A stretch of DNA of 64,000 nucleotides from assembly GCA_004561545.1 (NCBI GenBank), contig SFVK01000004.1, positions 105,093 to 169,092 of the forward strand, in the 5' to 3' direction. Below, in pieces: positions 19,707-30,300 of the stretch. Below the pieces are notes generated by a model that saw only the letters and a program-made list of their open reading frames with translations, did not search any database and had not been told where the DNA came from. The position numbers and the translations under genes are program-made. The stretch is from a bacterium. Lineage in GTDB: Bacteria; Bacillota; Clostridia; Oscillospirales; Ruminococcaceae. Positions within the stretch are counted from its first letter, which is position 1. Each line of letters begins with the position of its first letter.

Positions 19707-20264
19707 ATGATTCCAACCCCGGAACAGGCCTATGAACTGGTCTGCGAATACAACGAAGGTGAGTTTCACCGCAAACATGCCCGCATTGTGGGCGACGTGA
19801 TGCGCTGGTATGCCAACGAGCTGGGATACGGCGGCGAGGCGGATTTCTGGCAGACCGTAGGCATTCTCCACGATCTGGATTTTGAACAGTGGCCGGAACA
19901 GCACTGCGTGAAAGAGCAGGCGCTGATGCGGGAGAAGGGGCTGGACGAATCCATCATCCACGCCACCGCCAGCCACGGATGGAACCTGACGGTGGACATC
20001 AAGCCGGAGCATGAGATGGAAAAGGTGCTCTACGCCGCCGATGAACTGACCGGCCTGATCGGCGCGGCGGCCATCATGCTGCCCTCCAAAAGCGTGCAGG
20101 ATCTGGAGCTCAAGAGCCTGAAAAAGAAATTCAAAAACAAAAAGTTTGCGGCGGGCTGCTCCCGTGAGGTCATTGCCAACGGGGCGGAGCTGCTGGGATG
20201 GGACCTGGACACCCTGTTTGACCGCACCCTGGCGGCCATGAAGGCCAGCCCCAACGCCGACTGA
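19707..20264 (+). CDS. HD-domain hydrolase
   Basis: H...LHDLD, ASH, DELTG, KFAAG. Confidence 0.85.
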   Translation: MIPTPEQAYELVCEYNEGEFHRKHARIVGDVMRWYANELGYGGEADFWQTVGILHDLDFEQWPEQHCVKEQALMREKGLDESIIHATASHGWNLTVDIKPEHEMEKVLYAADELTGLIGAAAIMLPSKSVQDLELKSLKKKFKNKKFAAGCSREVIANGAELLGWDLDTLFDRTLAAMKASPNAD

Positions 20265-20266
20265 CC

Positions 20267-21343
20267 ATGGCCGGAAAAGTTCTGGTCGCCATGAGCGGCG
20301 GGGTGGATTCCAGCGTGGCCGCCTGCCTTTTGCAGGAGCAGGGATATGCGTGCATCGGGGTGACCATGCGGCTTTTTGAGAACACGGCGGCGGGCATTCC
20401 CCGCGGCCACACCTGCTGCAGCCTGGACGACGTGGAGGACGCCCGGGCGGTGGCCGATACACTGGGCATTCCCTTTTATGTCCTCAACTTCACCGAGGAT
20501 TTTCACCAAAAAGTAATCGACAAATTTGTGCGGGTCTACCAAAGCGGCGGCACGCCCAACCCCTGCATTGACTGCAACCGGTATCTGAAATTTGACCTGC
20601 TGCTGCGCCGCGCCCGGGAGCTGGGTTGCGACGCGATTGCCACCGGTCATTATGTGCGCAAGGTCCGGGATGCCGACGGTCGCTGGGGGCTGTGCAAGAC
20701 AGACGATCCCAACAAGGACCAGAGCTATGTGCTGTATGCCCTGACCCAGGATCAGCTGGCCCACACGCTGTTCCCGCTGGGCGAAATGCACAAGGACACC
20801 GTGCGGGCCATCGCGGAACAGCGCGGGCTGTGCAACGCCCGCAAGCAGGACAGCCAGGACATCTGCTTTGTGCCGGACGGCGACTGCGGAGCGTTCCTGG
20901 AGCGGCAAACCGGTGCTCCCCTGCCCCCCGGCGACTTTGTGGACCGGGACGGCCATGTGCTGGGACGTCACCGGGGCGCCGCACGGTACACCATCGGCCA
21001 GCGCAAGGGTCTGGGGGTCAGCGCCCCCACCCGGCTTTTTGTCACCGGCAAGGACATGACCGCAAACACGGTAACGCTGGGGCCGGAAGCAGAGCTGTAC
21101 CGTTCCTCGCTGCTGGCGGGGGACTGGAACTGGATCGCCCAGCCGCCCGCCCCGGGGCAGGCACTGCGCTGCAACGCCCGCACCCGGTACCATCAGCCCG
21201 AGCGGTCAGCCACCGCCCTGCCGCAGCAGGACGGCACGGTGCGGGTCCTCTTTGACACACCGCAGAAAGCCATTGCGCCGGGTCAGGCGGTGGTGCTTTA
21301 CCGCGGGGATGCCGTGCTGGGCGGCGGAACCATTCTGAAATAA
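20267..21343 (+). CDS. mnmA: tRNA 2-thiouridylase
   Basis: MSGGVDS, TPNPC..CN, ATGHY, KDQSY, DSQDICF, TIGQRKG. Confidence 0.97.
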   Translation: MAGKVLVAMSGGVDSSVAACLLQEQGYACIGVTMRLFENTAAGIPRGHTCCSLDDVEDARAVADTLGIPFYVLNFTEDFHQKVIDKFVRVYQSGGTPNPCIDCNRYLKFDLLLRRARELGCDAIATGHYVRKVRDADGRWGLCKTDDPNKDQSYVLYALTQDQLAHTLFPLGEMHKDTVRAIAEQRGLCNARKQDSQDICFVPDGDCGAFLERQTGAPLPPGDFVDRDGHVLGRHRGAARYTIGQRKGLGVSAPTRLFVTGKDMTANTVTLGPEAELYRSSLLAGDWNWIAQPPAPGQALRCNARTRYHQPERSATALPQQDGTVRVLFDTPQKAIAPGQAVVLYRGDAVLGGGTILK

Positions 21344-21384
21344 AAAGGGCCGTTCCCCAACCGGGAACGGCCTTTTTGATCGGT

Positions 21385-22005
21385 TTATGCGTTTGACTTT
21401 TTCAGGAACTTGCGCAGCGGAACGGTGACGGCTCCGCTGATGACGCAGCCAAGAATCCACTCCAGGGTGCCCTGCACGCCAACCATCAGCACAATGAACA
21501 TGAAGGGGTTGGTCGCACCCTTGGCGGCCACAAGGCTCTGAATGTAGTCCGTGCGATAGAACAGCATCACCATAAAGCCCATATAGAACACGGTGTTCAG
21601 GAAGGGCGCCGCGAAGCCGCCGATGGCACAGGTGGTTTTCTCCTTGCCGGGCAGCAGCTTCCGGGCCGCCTGGAACACCAGCGCGCACAGCCAGCCCATC
21701 AGGATACGGCCGATCACGGCGGTCACAAAGTAGCCGATGGGGCTAGCCGCAAAGAGGGCCGCGCCCAGAGTGCTCTTGCCCTCCACCGCGTTCATAAAGC
21801 TGGTCACGCCAAAGACGCCGCCCAGGATGGCGCCGGCGGAGGGGCCCATCGTCATTGCGCCGATGGCCACCGGAATGGAGAGCAGGCTGCAATTGAGCGG
21901 GCCAAGGGGCAGATAGCCCAGCGGGGTGTAGGACATGACCAGCATGATTGCCACCAGCAAAGCCAGCTGGGTCAGCCAACGGATGTTGCTACGGGAATTT
22001 TTCAT
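21385..22005 (-). CDS. ECF transporter S component (PanT-like)
   Basis: Hydrophobic, TPLGYLP...IPVAIGA...LNTVF pattern. Confidence 0.75.
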   Translation of the reverse strand: MKNSRSNIRWLTQLALLVAIMLVMSYTPLGYLPLGPLNCSLLSIPVAIGAMTMGPSAGAILGGVFGVTSFMNAVEGKSTLGAALFAASPIGYFVTAVIGRILMGWLCALVFQAARKLLPGKEKTTCAIGGFAAPFLNTVFYMGFMVMLFYRTDYIQSLVAAKGATNPFMFIVLMVGVQGTLEWILGCVISGAVTVPLRKFLKKSNA

Positions 22006-22116
22006 ATTCAATTTCCTCCTGCTGCCGTCCTCTCTTCGAGGTACAGCGCATATTTGCGGCACGGGCCGCGTGACCCAGTATAGACGCTTTTGCGGGAAAA
22101 TGCAAGCGTTTTTCTC

Positions 22117-22992
22117 TTAGCCCCGCAAAACCTCCGGCAGATCGTTCAAAATATCGTGGGGCAGCATGGTCATGGGGCTGGTGCGGGCGGCGCAGCGGTC
22201 GGCGGCGGCGCCGTGGAGCCACACCGCGCAGGCGGCGGCGTCCTTCGGCTTCATGCCCTGGGCGAGCAGGGCCGCCACCATGCCGGCCAGCACATCGCCG
22301 CTGCCGCCCCGGGCCAGGCCGGGGTTGCCGGTGGGATTGCGCAGAATTTCATCCCCCTGCCCCGGCGCGGCAATGAGGGTTCCCGCACCCTTGAGCACCG
22401 CCACGCAACCGTAAAAATCCGCCAGCTGGCGCACAGCGCTCTCCCGGTCCGCCTGCACCTCCCGCACCGAGGTGTGCAGCAGGCGGGCGGCCTCGCCGGG
22501 GTGGGGTGTGAGCACCGTCGCGGCGGGCAGCAGCGGAAAATCCCCCAGGTCCCCCGCCGCCAGGGCGTTGAGGGCATCGGCATCCAGCACGGCGGCCTTC
22601 CAGGGGGCGCCCGCTCCCAGCAGGGCATTGAGTACCCGGCCCGCGCTGGGGCCAAGGCCGGGTCCCGCCAGCAGCACAGCGGGGCGCTCGGTAAACCGCT
22701 GGCGCACGGCGGCGGCATCGGCAGCCAGGATACCGCCGTCCCCGTCGGTGCGGCAGGGCAGCGCACAGCATTCGGGGGTGCGGGACAGGGTGAGCTGCAC
22801 CACCGGCTCTACGCTGGCCAGACACACCAGCCCCGCGCCGCTGCGCAGCGCCGCCTCCACGCAGAGGGCCGCTGCGCCCCGATAGGCCATACTGCCTGCC
22901 ACAGCGGCCACTGTACCGAACTCGCCCTTGTTGGCGTCCGCCCGGCGGCGGGGCAGCAGGGACAAAATTTCCTGTTTGGTCACGGTTCGCAT
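22117..22992 (-). CDS. nnrD: ADP-dependent NAD(P)H-hydrate dehydratase
   Basis: NKG.FG, GPGLG, LDADAL, TPHPGE, GGSGDVLAG. Confidence 0.92.
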   Translation of the reverse strand: MRTVTKQEILSLLPRRRADANKGEFGTVAAVAGSMAYRGAAALCVEAALRSGAGLVCLASVEPVVQLTLSRTPECCALPCRTDGDGGILAADAAAVRQRFTERPAVLLAGPGLGPSAGRVLNALLGAGAPWKAAVLDADALNALAAGDLGDFPLLPAATVLTPHPGEAARLLHTSVREVQADRESAVRQLADFYGCVAVLKGAGTLIAAPGQGDEILRNPTGNPGLARGGSGDVLAGMVAALLAQGMKPKDAAACAVWLHGAAADRCAARTSPMTMLPHDILNDLPEVLRG

Positions 22993-23076
22993 CCTGTGAT
23001 CCCCTTTCTTTTTGGGTGAAAACGATGTATAGTGATAGTATAAACCATTCATGCAAAAAACGAAAGGAGCAAAACC

Positions 23077-23802
23077 ATGGTACCGGAACTGGAAAAAATG
23101 CTGCAATCCCACAAGAACATCGTCTTTTTCGGCGGGGCAGGCGTCTCCACCGAGAGCGGCATCCCGGACTTTCGCTCCGTGGATGGGCTGTACCATCAGA
23201 AATTCAAGTATCCGCCCGAAACCATGCTCTCCCACAGCTTCTATGAAAGCCACACGGCGGAGTTCTTTGATTTTTACCGCCAGAAGCTCATTGTCCACGG
23301 GGCCAGGCCCAACGCCGCCCATCTGCGGCTGGCCAAACTGGAGCAGCAGGGCAAGGTGCGGGCGGTTGTGACCCAGAACATTGACGGACTGCATCAGGCG
23401 GCAGGCAGCCGCAATGTGTTTGAGCTGCACGGGTCCACGCTGCGCAACTTCTGCACCCGGTGCGGAAAATTCTACCCTGTCAGCTTTATCGAGGAGGCCG
23501 GCAAATCCGGCGACGGCATTCCCCGCTGCACCGACTGCGGCGCCATCGTCAAGCCCGATGTGGTGCTGTATGAGGAAGGTCTGGATGAGGCCACGCTGGA
23601 CGGCGCCATTCAGGCCATCCATGCCGCCGATCTGCTCATTGTGGGCGGAACCAGTCTGGCGGTCTACCCGGCCGCGGGGCTGCTGCGGTACTTCCGGGGC
23701 AGTGATCTGGTGGTCATCAACAAACAGCCCACCCCCGCCGATTCCATGGCGTCTCTGGTGCTCAACCTGCCCATCGGGGAGGCGCTGCGGGAAGAAAAAT
23801 AA
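23077..23802 (+). CDS. cobB: NAD-dependent protein deacylase (sirtuin)
   Basis: GAGVSTESGIPDFR, TQNIDGLH, HG, two CxxC, GTSL. Confidence 0.93.
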   Translation: MVPELEKMLQSHKNIVFFGGAGVSTESGIPDFRSVDGLYHQKFKYPPETMLSHSFYESHTAEFFDFYRQKLIVHGARPNAAHLRLAKLEQQGKVRAVVTQNIDGLHQAAGSRNVFELHGSTLRNFCTRCGKFYPVSFIEEAGKSGDGIPRCTDCGAIVKPDVVLYEEGLDEATLDGAIQAIHAADLLIVGGTSLAVYPAAGLLRYFRGSDLVVINKQPTPADSMASLVLNLPIGEALREEK

Positions 23803-23938
23803 TCTTTTTACCAAAAACATCCTTTATTTTTATTAAAATTCAACAAAACCTCTTGCGCATTTTTGTGAGTTTCTGGTATGATAAAGGAAGGGAAAGTCTA
23901 CGGCTCCGTCAGGACTTTCCATAGAGGGGGTCATTCCA

Positions 23939-24781
23939 ATGTCAAATGCTTTGAGCGAGTTTTCCCGCAAGAGAGATTTTCTGGTCTGCCTGGATTCCGA
24001 CGGCTGTGTGATGGACACAGTGCGCATCAAGCACTGCACGGTGTTCTGTCCCGAGCTGATCCGGGTGTTCGGGCTGGAAGCCTACGGGCCATATATCACC
24101 TCCGCCTGGGAGGAAATCAATCTGAACAGCATCACCCGGGGCATTTCCCGGTTTGAGAGCGTGGTGCTGATCTTTGACCGGCTGAAAAACCGGGGCATCG
24201 ATCTGCCGGGCAGCGAGGACATCACCTCCTGGGTAGCCACCGCGTCGGAGCTTTCCACCGCGACCTTGCAGCAGGAGGTGCTGCGGTCCGGCAGCCTGGC
24301 GCTGCGCAAGTTGCAGGAGTGGAACAATGCGTGCAACCGCCGCCTTCAGGCGCTGGAGCCCACCTTTAAGCCCTTCCCGGGCGTCGAGGACAGTCTGCTT
24401 CAGCTCCATGCCATCGCCGATGTGGCGGTGGTGTCGTCCGCCAATGAGAGCGCCATCGAGAGCGAATGGACCCGCTACGGACTGGCCCGCCATGCCGACG
24501 TGATTTTTGGGCAGGAGGTGGGCAGCAAGGCCAACTCCATCGCCTCCATGCTGGCCTGCGGGTATGAGAGCCGCAAGGTGCTGATGGTGGGCGACGCCAT
24601 GGGGGACGCCCAGGCCGCCGCAGCCAACGGGGTTTCCTTTGTGCCCATCCTGCCGGGCCGCGAGGCCGAAAGCTGGCGGCGCCTCCAGGAGGAAGCCCTG
24701 CCCAAGCTGCTCCACGGAACCTTCAGCCCGGAGTATCAGTCCGAGCTGCTGGCCCAACTGCGCAGCGCGCTGCACGGGTAA
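23939..24781 (+). CDS. HAD-superfamily hydrolase
   Basis: DSDG motif I, SS, K, GD...D. Confidence 0.8.
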   Translation: MSNALSEFSRKRDFLVCLDSDGCVMDTVRIKHCTVFCPELIRVFGLEAYGPYITSAWEEINLNSITRGISRFESVVLIFDRLKNRGIDLPGSEDITSWVATASELSTATLQQEVLRSGSLALRKLQEWNNACNRRLQALEPTFKPFPGVEDSLLQLHAIADVAVVSSANESAIESEWTRYGLARHADVIFGQEVGSKANSIASMLACGYESRKVLMVGDAMGDAQAAAANGVSFVPILPGREAESWRRLQEEALPKLLHGTFSPEYQSELLAQLRSALHG

Positions 24782-24924
24782 GAAAAATTTTGATTGGCGG
24801 GGTTCCGCCGTCGGTTTTCGCGCATTTCCACGCCATCGCTCCGCATACAATACAAGTGCAGAATTTGATCCGCCCGCGCCTGGGTTTTGTCCGGCGCGGG
24901 CGATGTGCACTGGGGGTAAAACAA

Positions 24925-25569
24925 TTGTTGCTGAGCACTGAAACGAGAACCGAAATTTTTGACGCTCAGGTGTTAAACACCGGAGATGAAGCCGCCATTT
25001 ACCGTCTGGCGGGCAGTCAGGGACTGCCCTGGACCCATGAGCTGCCGGCACTGCTGCGGCAGGGTGCGGTGCTGGGGGACTATGCGGGCGGCAGTGATTT
25101 GCAGGCCGCCGCCGCGCTCTTGCCCATGTTCGGCCTGAGCCGCCTGGCGCTGAGCCTGCGGGCTGCGGGCTGCGGCGCCGACGGGCAGGGGACCGTACTT
25201 ACACCGCTGTGCCACACGCCGGAGTATCTTCCGGTGCGGCGGTTCCTGCGCATGGCGCTGGGCTGGGCCAAGCAGCGGTGTGCGAGCTATCACATCTGGG
25301 CCGTCCTTCCCTATGAGCCGGGCGAGGAGAGTGAGGAGCTCTGCGCCCAGTATCTGGCCGCCGGGCTGACCCTGCGGGCGCTCATTCCGGTGGACGCCGG
25401 TCGGATGCTGGTCTTTGCGGCCCACACCCATCCGCGCCGGGATCTGCCCGCCCGCCGCCTGCATCTGAACGATCCGGCTCTGCCCCGCCATCTGGAGCGG
25501 GGATATTCCGCCGCCGACTTCGGCTGGGACAAGGACGGGATGCTGCTGACAGTGCGGCAGGAAGGGTGA
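24925..25569 (+). CDS. hypothetical protein (start uncertain, TTG)
   Basis: Open frame with host-like codon bias; no recognised motif. Confidence 0.55.
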   Translation: MLLSTETRTEIFDAQVLNTGDEAAIYRLAGSQGLPWTHELPALLRQGAVLGDYAGGSDLQAAAALLPMFGLSRLALSLRAAGCGADGQGTVLTPLCHTPEYLPVRRFLRMALGWAKQRCASYHIWAVLPYEPGEESEELCAQYLAAGLTLRALIPVDAGRMLVFAAHTHPRRDLPARRLHLNDPALPRHLERGYSAADFGWDKDGMLLTVRQEG

Positions 25570-25753
25570 GCGAGGCCGGGGAAGAACAGGTGTTCCTTCC
25601 TTCCAAAGAAGGAACCGAAGAAATTCCAAACGTGACATAGTCGAGGACAAAAACAAGGCCCGCAGCGCAAATTGCACGCTGCGGGCCGGTTTTTTTCGAC
25701 AAAAATGCCGCCCGGGAACGCCCCCCGGACGGCGGCTTTGGCTGGATTGGGGA

Positions 25754-26164
25754 TCAGTAGTTCAGCAGGTCCCGCACGGTGCCGGACATGGAGAACAGTT
25801 TGGCGGAAATGTGATCCAGATAGACAATCCCCAGTTTATGGCCGGTCTCCTCACTATAGAGGTCCTGGAGCTGGGGCATGGCCTGGAAAGCGGCGGCCTG
25901 GGCCTCCGGCGTATTGTCAAAGTTGGCTGTGCCCTGAATGCGCAGCCACTCGCCCTTATCGTTGCAGGCGCAGATTTCCAGGTTGGTGTTGTCCAGCAGC
26001 TGCTTGTACGCCGCCTTATGCTTGCCGATGCCAATGCACAGGTGGTCCTTGTACCACATAGCAAAGCCGATGGGGCGCACCCGGGGCAGATAGCCGTCCA
26101 CGGTGGCTAAGTAAAAGGTGGGGTTGTCCTTCAGGAACTGCATGATCTCTTCGCTGGGCTGCAT
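25754..26164 (-). CDS. pyridoxamine 5'-phosphate oxidase-like FMN-binding protein
   Basis: FYLATVDG..PRVRP, K..YKQL..N..EI, WLRI.G. Confidence 0.85.
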   Translation of the reverse strand: MQPSEEIMQFLKDNPTFYLATVDGYLPRVRPIGFAMWYKDHLCIGIGKHKAAYKQLLDNTNLEICACNDKGEWLRIQGTANFDNTPEAQAAAFQAMPQLQDLYSEETGHKLGIVYLDHISAKLFSMSGTVRDLLNY

Positions 26165-26210
26165 GAGAATCCCTCCTTAAAAGAAACGCATCATCTCAGG
26201 TTTTGAAAAA

Positions 26211-27401
26211 TTACAGAGTTTTCAGCGCGGCCACAATGCGCGCGGCGGCCTCCCGGGTCTTTTCGGCATCGCCGAAGGCGGTCAGCCGGAAATATCCCGC
26301 GCCGCAGGGGCCAAAGCCCTCGCCGGGGGTTCCCACCACATTGGCGGTCTCCAGCAGCCAGTCAAAGAAGTCCCAGCTGCCCATGCCGTTGGGGCAGCGC
26401 ATCCACAGATAGGGGCTGTTCTTGCCGCCGCAGTACCACACGCCCGCCTCGTCCAGCGCTGCCGCGATGACGGCGGCGTTGGCGCGGTAGTAGTCCAGAT
26501 TCTGCTGGATTTCCTTCATGCCCTCCTCGGAGAAGACCGCCTCGGCGCCGCGCTGCACCACATAGGCAACGCCGTTGAACTTGGTGGTCTGGCGGCGCAG
26601 CCACATCTTGTTCAGGCTCTGGCCATCGCTGAGGATGGCCTGGGGCACGATGGTATAACCGCAGCGGGTTCCGGTAAAGCCCGCAATTTTGGAGAAGCTG
26701 CAAACCTCCACCGCGCACTCCTTCGCGCCCTCCACCTCATAGATGGAGCGGGCCAGGCCCGGCTCGGTGACAAAGCACTCATAGGCGGCGTCAAACAGGA
26801 TCAGCGCATCGTTGGCTTTGGCCCAGCGCACCCACTCCTTCAGCTGTTCCACCGTGTAGGCGGCGCCGGTGGGGTTGTTGGGGCTGCACAGATAAACCAG
26901 GTCCGCGTGAACCGAATCGTCCGGCATGGGCAGGAAATTGTTCTGCGCGTTGGCGGCCATATACAGAATTTTGCGGCCCGCCATCACGTTGTCATCCACA
27001 TAGACGGGATAGACCGGATCGGGCACCAGCACGGTGTTGTCCACATCAAAGAGATCCAGCAGATTGCCCAGATCGCTCTTGGCGCCGTCCGAAATAAAGA
27101 TTTCGCTCAGATCCAGCGCAACACCATGGGATGCGTAATACTTGCGGATGGCCTCCCGCAGGAACTCATAGCCCTGCTCACTGGGAATATAGCCGTGGAA
27201 GGTTTCCTTATGGCCCTGTTCCTCCACCGCAGCGTGCATGGCGTCCACCACCGAGCGGGCCAGCGGCAGCGTCACGTCGCCGATGCCCAGACGGATGATG
27301 TCCCTGTCCGGGTGGGCGGCCTGGTAGGCGGAGACCTTGTGGGCGATGGTGCTGAAGAGATAGCTCTCGTTCAGTTCGGAATAATGTTTGTTGAGCTTCA
27401 T
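26211..27401 (-). CDS. dapL: LL-diaminopimelate aminotransferase
   Basis: SYLF, LGIGDVT, SDGAK, PNNPTG, SFSK.AGFTGTRCG; next to dapF. Confidence 0.95.
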   Translation of the reverse strand: MKLNKHYSELNESYLFSTIAHKVSAYQAAHPDRDIIRLGIGDVTLPLARSVVDAMHAAVEEQGHKETFHGYIPSEQGYEFLREAIRKYYASHGVALDLSEIFISDGAKSDLGNLLDLFDVDNTVLVPDPVYPVYVDDNVMAGRKILYMAANAQNNFLPMPDDSVHADLVYLCSPNNPTGAAYTVEQLKEWVRWAKANDALILFDAAYECFVTEPGLARSIYEVEGAKECAVEVCSFSKIAGFTGTRCGYTIVPQAILSDGQSLNKMWLRRQTTKFNGVAYVVQRGAEAVFSEEGMKEIQQNLDYYRANAAVIAAALDEAGVWYCGGKNSPYLWMRCPNGMGSWDFFDWLLETANVVGTPGEGFGPCGAGYFRLTAFGDAEKTREAAARIVAALKTL

Positions 27402-27480
27402 GGATTTCCCCCTGTATTCATCCTCTATCCTTAGTATCTTAGCACAAAATCCCGGAGGATTCAACAGAAAATTCAGCACT

Positions 27481-28335
27481 TTAAACCTGAACAGTCCCTG
27501 TAAAGGCCACCTGCGCCGGGCCGGTCATGAGAACCTCGCCGTCGCTGCGCACCGTGATGGAGAGGGTGCCCCCCAAAAGTGCCACATCCACCGGCACATC
27601 CCGGGGGCAGACGCCCCGCAGCGCCATGGCCGCCACGGTGGCGCAGGCGCCGGTGCCGCAGGCCAGCGTCTCGCCGCTGCCCCGCTCCCACACCCGCATG
27701 ATGAGGGAGGTGGGATTTTCCACAAAGACAAACTCGGTGTTGACCCCCTCCGGGAAGGCGGGGTGATGCTCAAATTCGGGGCCGATGGCGGCCAGGGCCG
27801 GGCCGGTGGGCAGTGTTTCCCGCTCCGGCCAGGGAATGACGCAGTGGGGATTGCCCATACTGACGCAGGAGGCATCCCAGTTTTTCCCCGCCGCCACCAG
27901 CGTCACCCAGTCCAGCGGGCCGGGGCCCAGGCCCACTGCGGGCAGTGCCTCCGCCATGGCGGAAAAGCAGCCCATATCGGCCTGCCAGATCCCCTCCCCC
28001 TTGCGGCGCAGCGTCTTGCGGCCGGCGAAGCGGGTATCAATTTCGATGGTATCCCGGGGCACGCCGTGGGTGTAGAGATACTGCGCCACGCAGCGAACGC
28101 CGTTGCCGCACATTTTCCCCTCGCTGCCGTCCGCGTTGAACATCCGCATGGTGGCGTCCGCGTCAGCCAGCATGGGCGGGCAGATGCAGATGATGCCGTC
28201 CGCGCCCACCGAAAAGTGACGGCGGGACAGTTCCCTGCTCCATTCCCCCACCTGCTCCGGCAAACCGGTTTCGCGGCAGTCCAGATAAATATAATCGTTG
28301 CCGCAGCCGTGCATTTTTGTGAAGTGAAGATCCAT
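27481..28335 (-). CDS. dapF: diaminopimelate epimerase
   Basis: KMHGCGND, MCGNG, GNPH, ERGSGETLACGTG. Confidence 0.96.
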   Translation of the reverse strand: MDLHFTKMHGCGNDYIYLDCRETGLPEQVGEWSRELSRRHFSVGADGIICICPPMLADADATMRMFNADGSEGKMCGNGVRCVAQYLYTHGVPRDTIEIDTRFAGRKTLRRKGEGIWQADMGCFSAMAEALPAVGLGPGPLDWVTLVAAGKNWDASCVSMGNPHCVIPWPERETLPTGPALAAIGPEFEHHPAFPEGVNTEFVFVENPTSLIMRVWERGSGETLACGTGACATVAAMALRGVCPRDVPVDVALLGGTLSITVRSDGEVLMTGPAQVAFTGTVQV

Positions 28336-28521
28336 TTTCCCTTACCCCCTTGTAATGGTTCTATTCTTATCATATCGCGTTTTGGCGTGCGGTACAACCC
28401 ACGGCCAAAAAAAGTTGCCGCATACTTGACAAGGCCCCACAGATACGATATAAAAATACTGATACCATTTTTTCGTCTTTCATTTTTTTAATAAGAATCA
28501 TCAGTGAAGGAGAACCGTGCT

Positions 28522-28758
28522 ATGGATTCCGAAGTTTTTGACCGCATTCGCGACTACCTGGCAGACCAGCTGGACATTGAGACCGACAAGATCACCCCCG
28601 AAAGTGACATCATCAATGATTTCGGGGCCGACAGCCTGGACGTCATTGACATGATTACCACCCTGTCCGATGAATTTGGCGTGGAGATCCCCGATGAGGA
28701 AATCGAGAATTTCCACACCGTGGGCGACGTGGTCAGCTATGTGGAAGAGCATCTGTGA
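28522..28758 (+). CDS. acpP: acyl carrier protein
   Basis: Acidic 78 aa, GADSLD. Confidence 0.93.
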   Translation: MDSEVFDRIRDYLADQLDIETDKITPESDIINDFGADSLDVIDMITTLSDEFGVEIPDEEIENFHTVGDVVSYVEEHL

Positions 28759-28803
28759 TCCCGCCGGATTTTTGAAGTAAGAGAAAGTTAGAGGAACAGC
28801 AAC

Positions 28804-30243
28804 ATGGCAAACGACAAGAAAAAAATGGTGGAGGCCATCACCGCGCAGGAAGTGGACTTTGCGCAGTGGTATACCGACATCTGCACCAAGGCGGAGCTGG
28901 TGGAGTATTCCAGCGTCAAGGGCTTTATCATCCTGCGCCCCTACGGCCAGGCCATCTGGGAAAACATCCAGAAGCTGATGGACGCCCGCTTCAAGGCCAC
29001 CGGCCATGAGAATGTGGCAATGCCGCTGCTCATCCCTGAGAGCCTGCTCAAAAAGGAGGGCGAGCTGGTCAACGGCTTTGCCCCCGAGGTGGCCTGGGTC
29101 ACCGCCGGCGGCAGCGAGCCGCTGGAAGAGCGCATGGCCATCCGCCCCACCAGCGAAACCATGTTCTGTGACCACTGGAGCCGCGTGCTTCATTCCTACC
29201 GCGAGCTGCCCATGAAGTACAACCAGTGGTGCAGCGTGGTGCGGTGGGAGAAAACCACCCGTCCCTTCCTTCGCAGCCGCGAGTTCTGGTGGCAGGAAGG
29301 CCACACCATCCACGAGACCGCCGAGGAGGCCCAGGCCGAAACCGCCCAGCAGCTGAACTGCTACGCGGATTTCTTTGAGCAGGAGCTGAACATTCCCGTC
29401 ATCAAGGGCCGCAAGACCGACAAGGAAAAGTTTGCCGGCGCCGAGGCCACCTACACCATTGAGGCCATGATGAAGGACGGCAAGGCGCTGCAGAGCGGCA
29501 CCAGCCATTACTTTGGCGACAAGTTCTCCCGCGCTTACAACGTGACCTTCACCGGGCGGGACAATACCCTCCAGTATCCCTTCCAGACCAGCTGGGGCAC
29601 CTCCACCCGGATGATCGGCGCCATCATCATGGCCCACGGCGATGACGACGGCCTGATTCTGCCCCCCGCCATTGCGCCCATCCAGGTGGTCATCGTCCCG
29701 GTGGCCGCCCACAAGCCCGGCGTGATGGAAAAGTGCCGTGAACTGGCCCAGTCCCTGGGCAAGGTCGCCCGCGTCAAGCTGGATGATTCCGACAAGCAGC
29801 CCGGCTGGAAGTTTGCCCAGTGGGAGATGAAGGGAGTGCCGCTGCGCATTGAAGTCGGCCCCCGTGATCTGGAAAAAAATCAGTGCGTGCTGGTGCGGCG
29901 TGACACCCGCGAAAAGCAGTTTGTCAGCCTGGACGAACTGCCCGCCGTGATTCCTGCCCAGCTGGACGCGCTGGCCAAAGACCTGTACGACCGCGCCCTT
30001 GCCAACCGCGAGAGCCGCACCTACACCGCCACCACAATGGACGAGGTCAAGTCCATCGTGGCGGAAAAGACCGGCTTTATCAAGACCATGTGGTGCGGCG
30101 ATGTGGCCTGTGAGGAGGCCATGAAGGAGCAGGCGGGGCTTTCCAGCCGCTGTATGCCCTTTGAGCAGGAGCATCTGTCCGACATCTGCCCGGTGTGCGG
30201 CAGGCCCGCCAGGAGCATGGTGGTCTGGGGCATCGCGTATTAA
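28804..30243 (+). CDS. proS: proline--tRNA ligase (archaeal/eukaryote-type, no INS domain)
   Basis: RPTSET, VRWE..TRPFLR, QSGTSH, SWG.STR, C-terminal Zn motif ending in AY. Confidence 0.95.
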   Translation: MANDKKKMVEAITAQEVDFAQWYTDICTKAELVEYSSVKGFIILRPYGQAIWENIQKLMDARFKATGHENVAMPLLIPESLLKKEGELVNGFAPEVAWVTAGGSEPLEERMAIRPTSETMFCDHWSRVLHSYRELPMKYNQWCSVVRWEKTTRPFLRSREFWWQEGHTIHETAEEAQAETAQQLNCYADFFEQELNIPVIKGRKTDKEKFAGAEATYTIEAMMKDGKALQSGTSHYFGDKFSRAYNVTFTGRDNTLQYPFQTSWGTSTRMIGAIIMAHGDDDGLILPPAIAPIQVVIVPVAAHKPGVMEKCRELAQSLGKVARVKLDDSDKQPGWKFAQWEMKGVPLRIEVGPRDLEKNQCVLVRRDTREKQFVSLDELPAVIPAQLDALAKDLYDRALANRESRTYTATTMDEVKSIVAEKTGFIKTMWCGDVACEEAMKEQAGLSSRCMPFEQEHLSDICPVCGRPARSMVVWGIAY

Positions 30244-30300
30244 GTTGAAATTTCCCGGCAGTGCCCCCCAAAGGCACTGCCTTTTTGTTCAAAGAGCGTC

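Noticed and set aside
23077..23802. Sirtuin as an anti-phage SIR2 effector
   Set aside because: Canonical Zn-finger CobB in a housekeeping context, with no defence partners.
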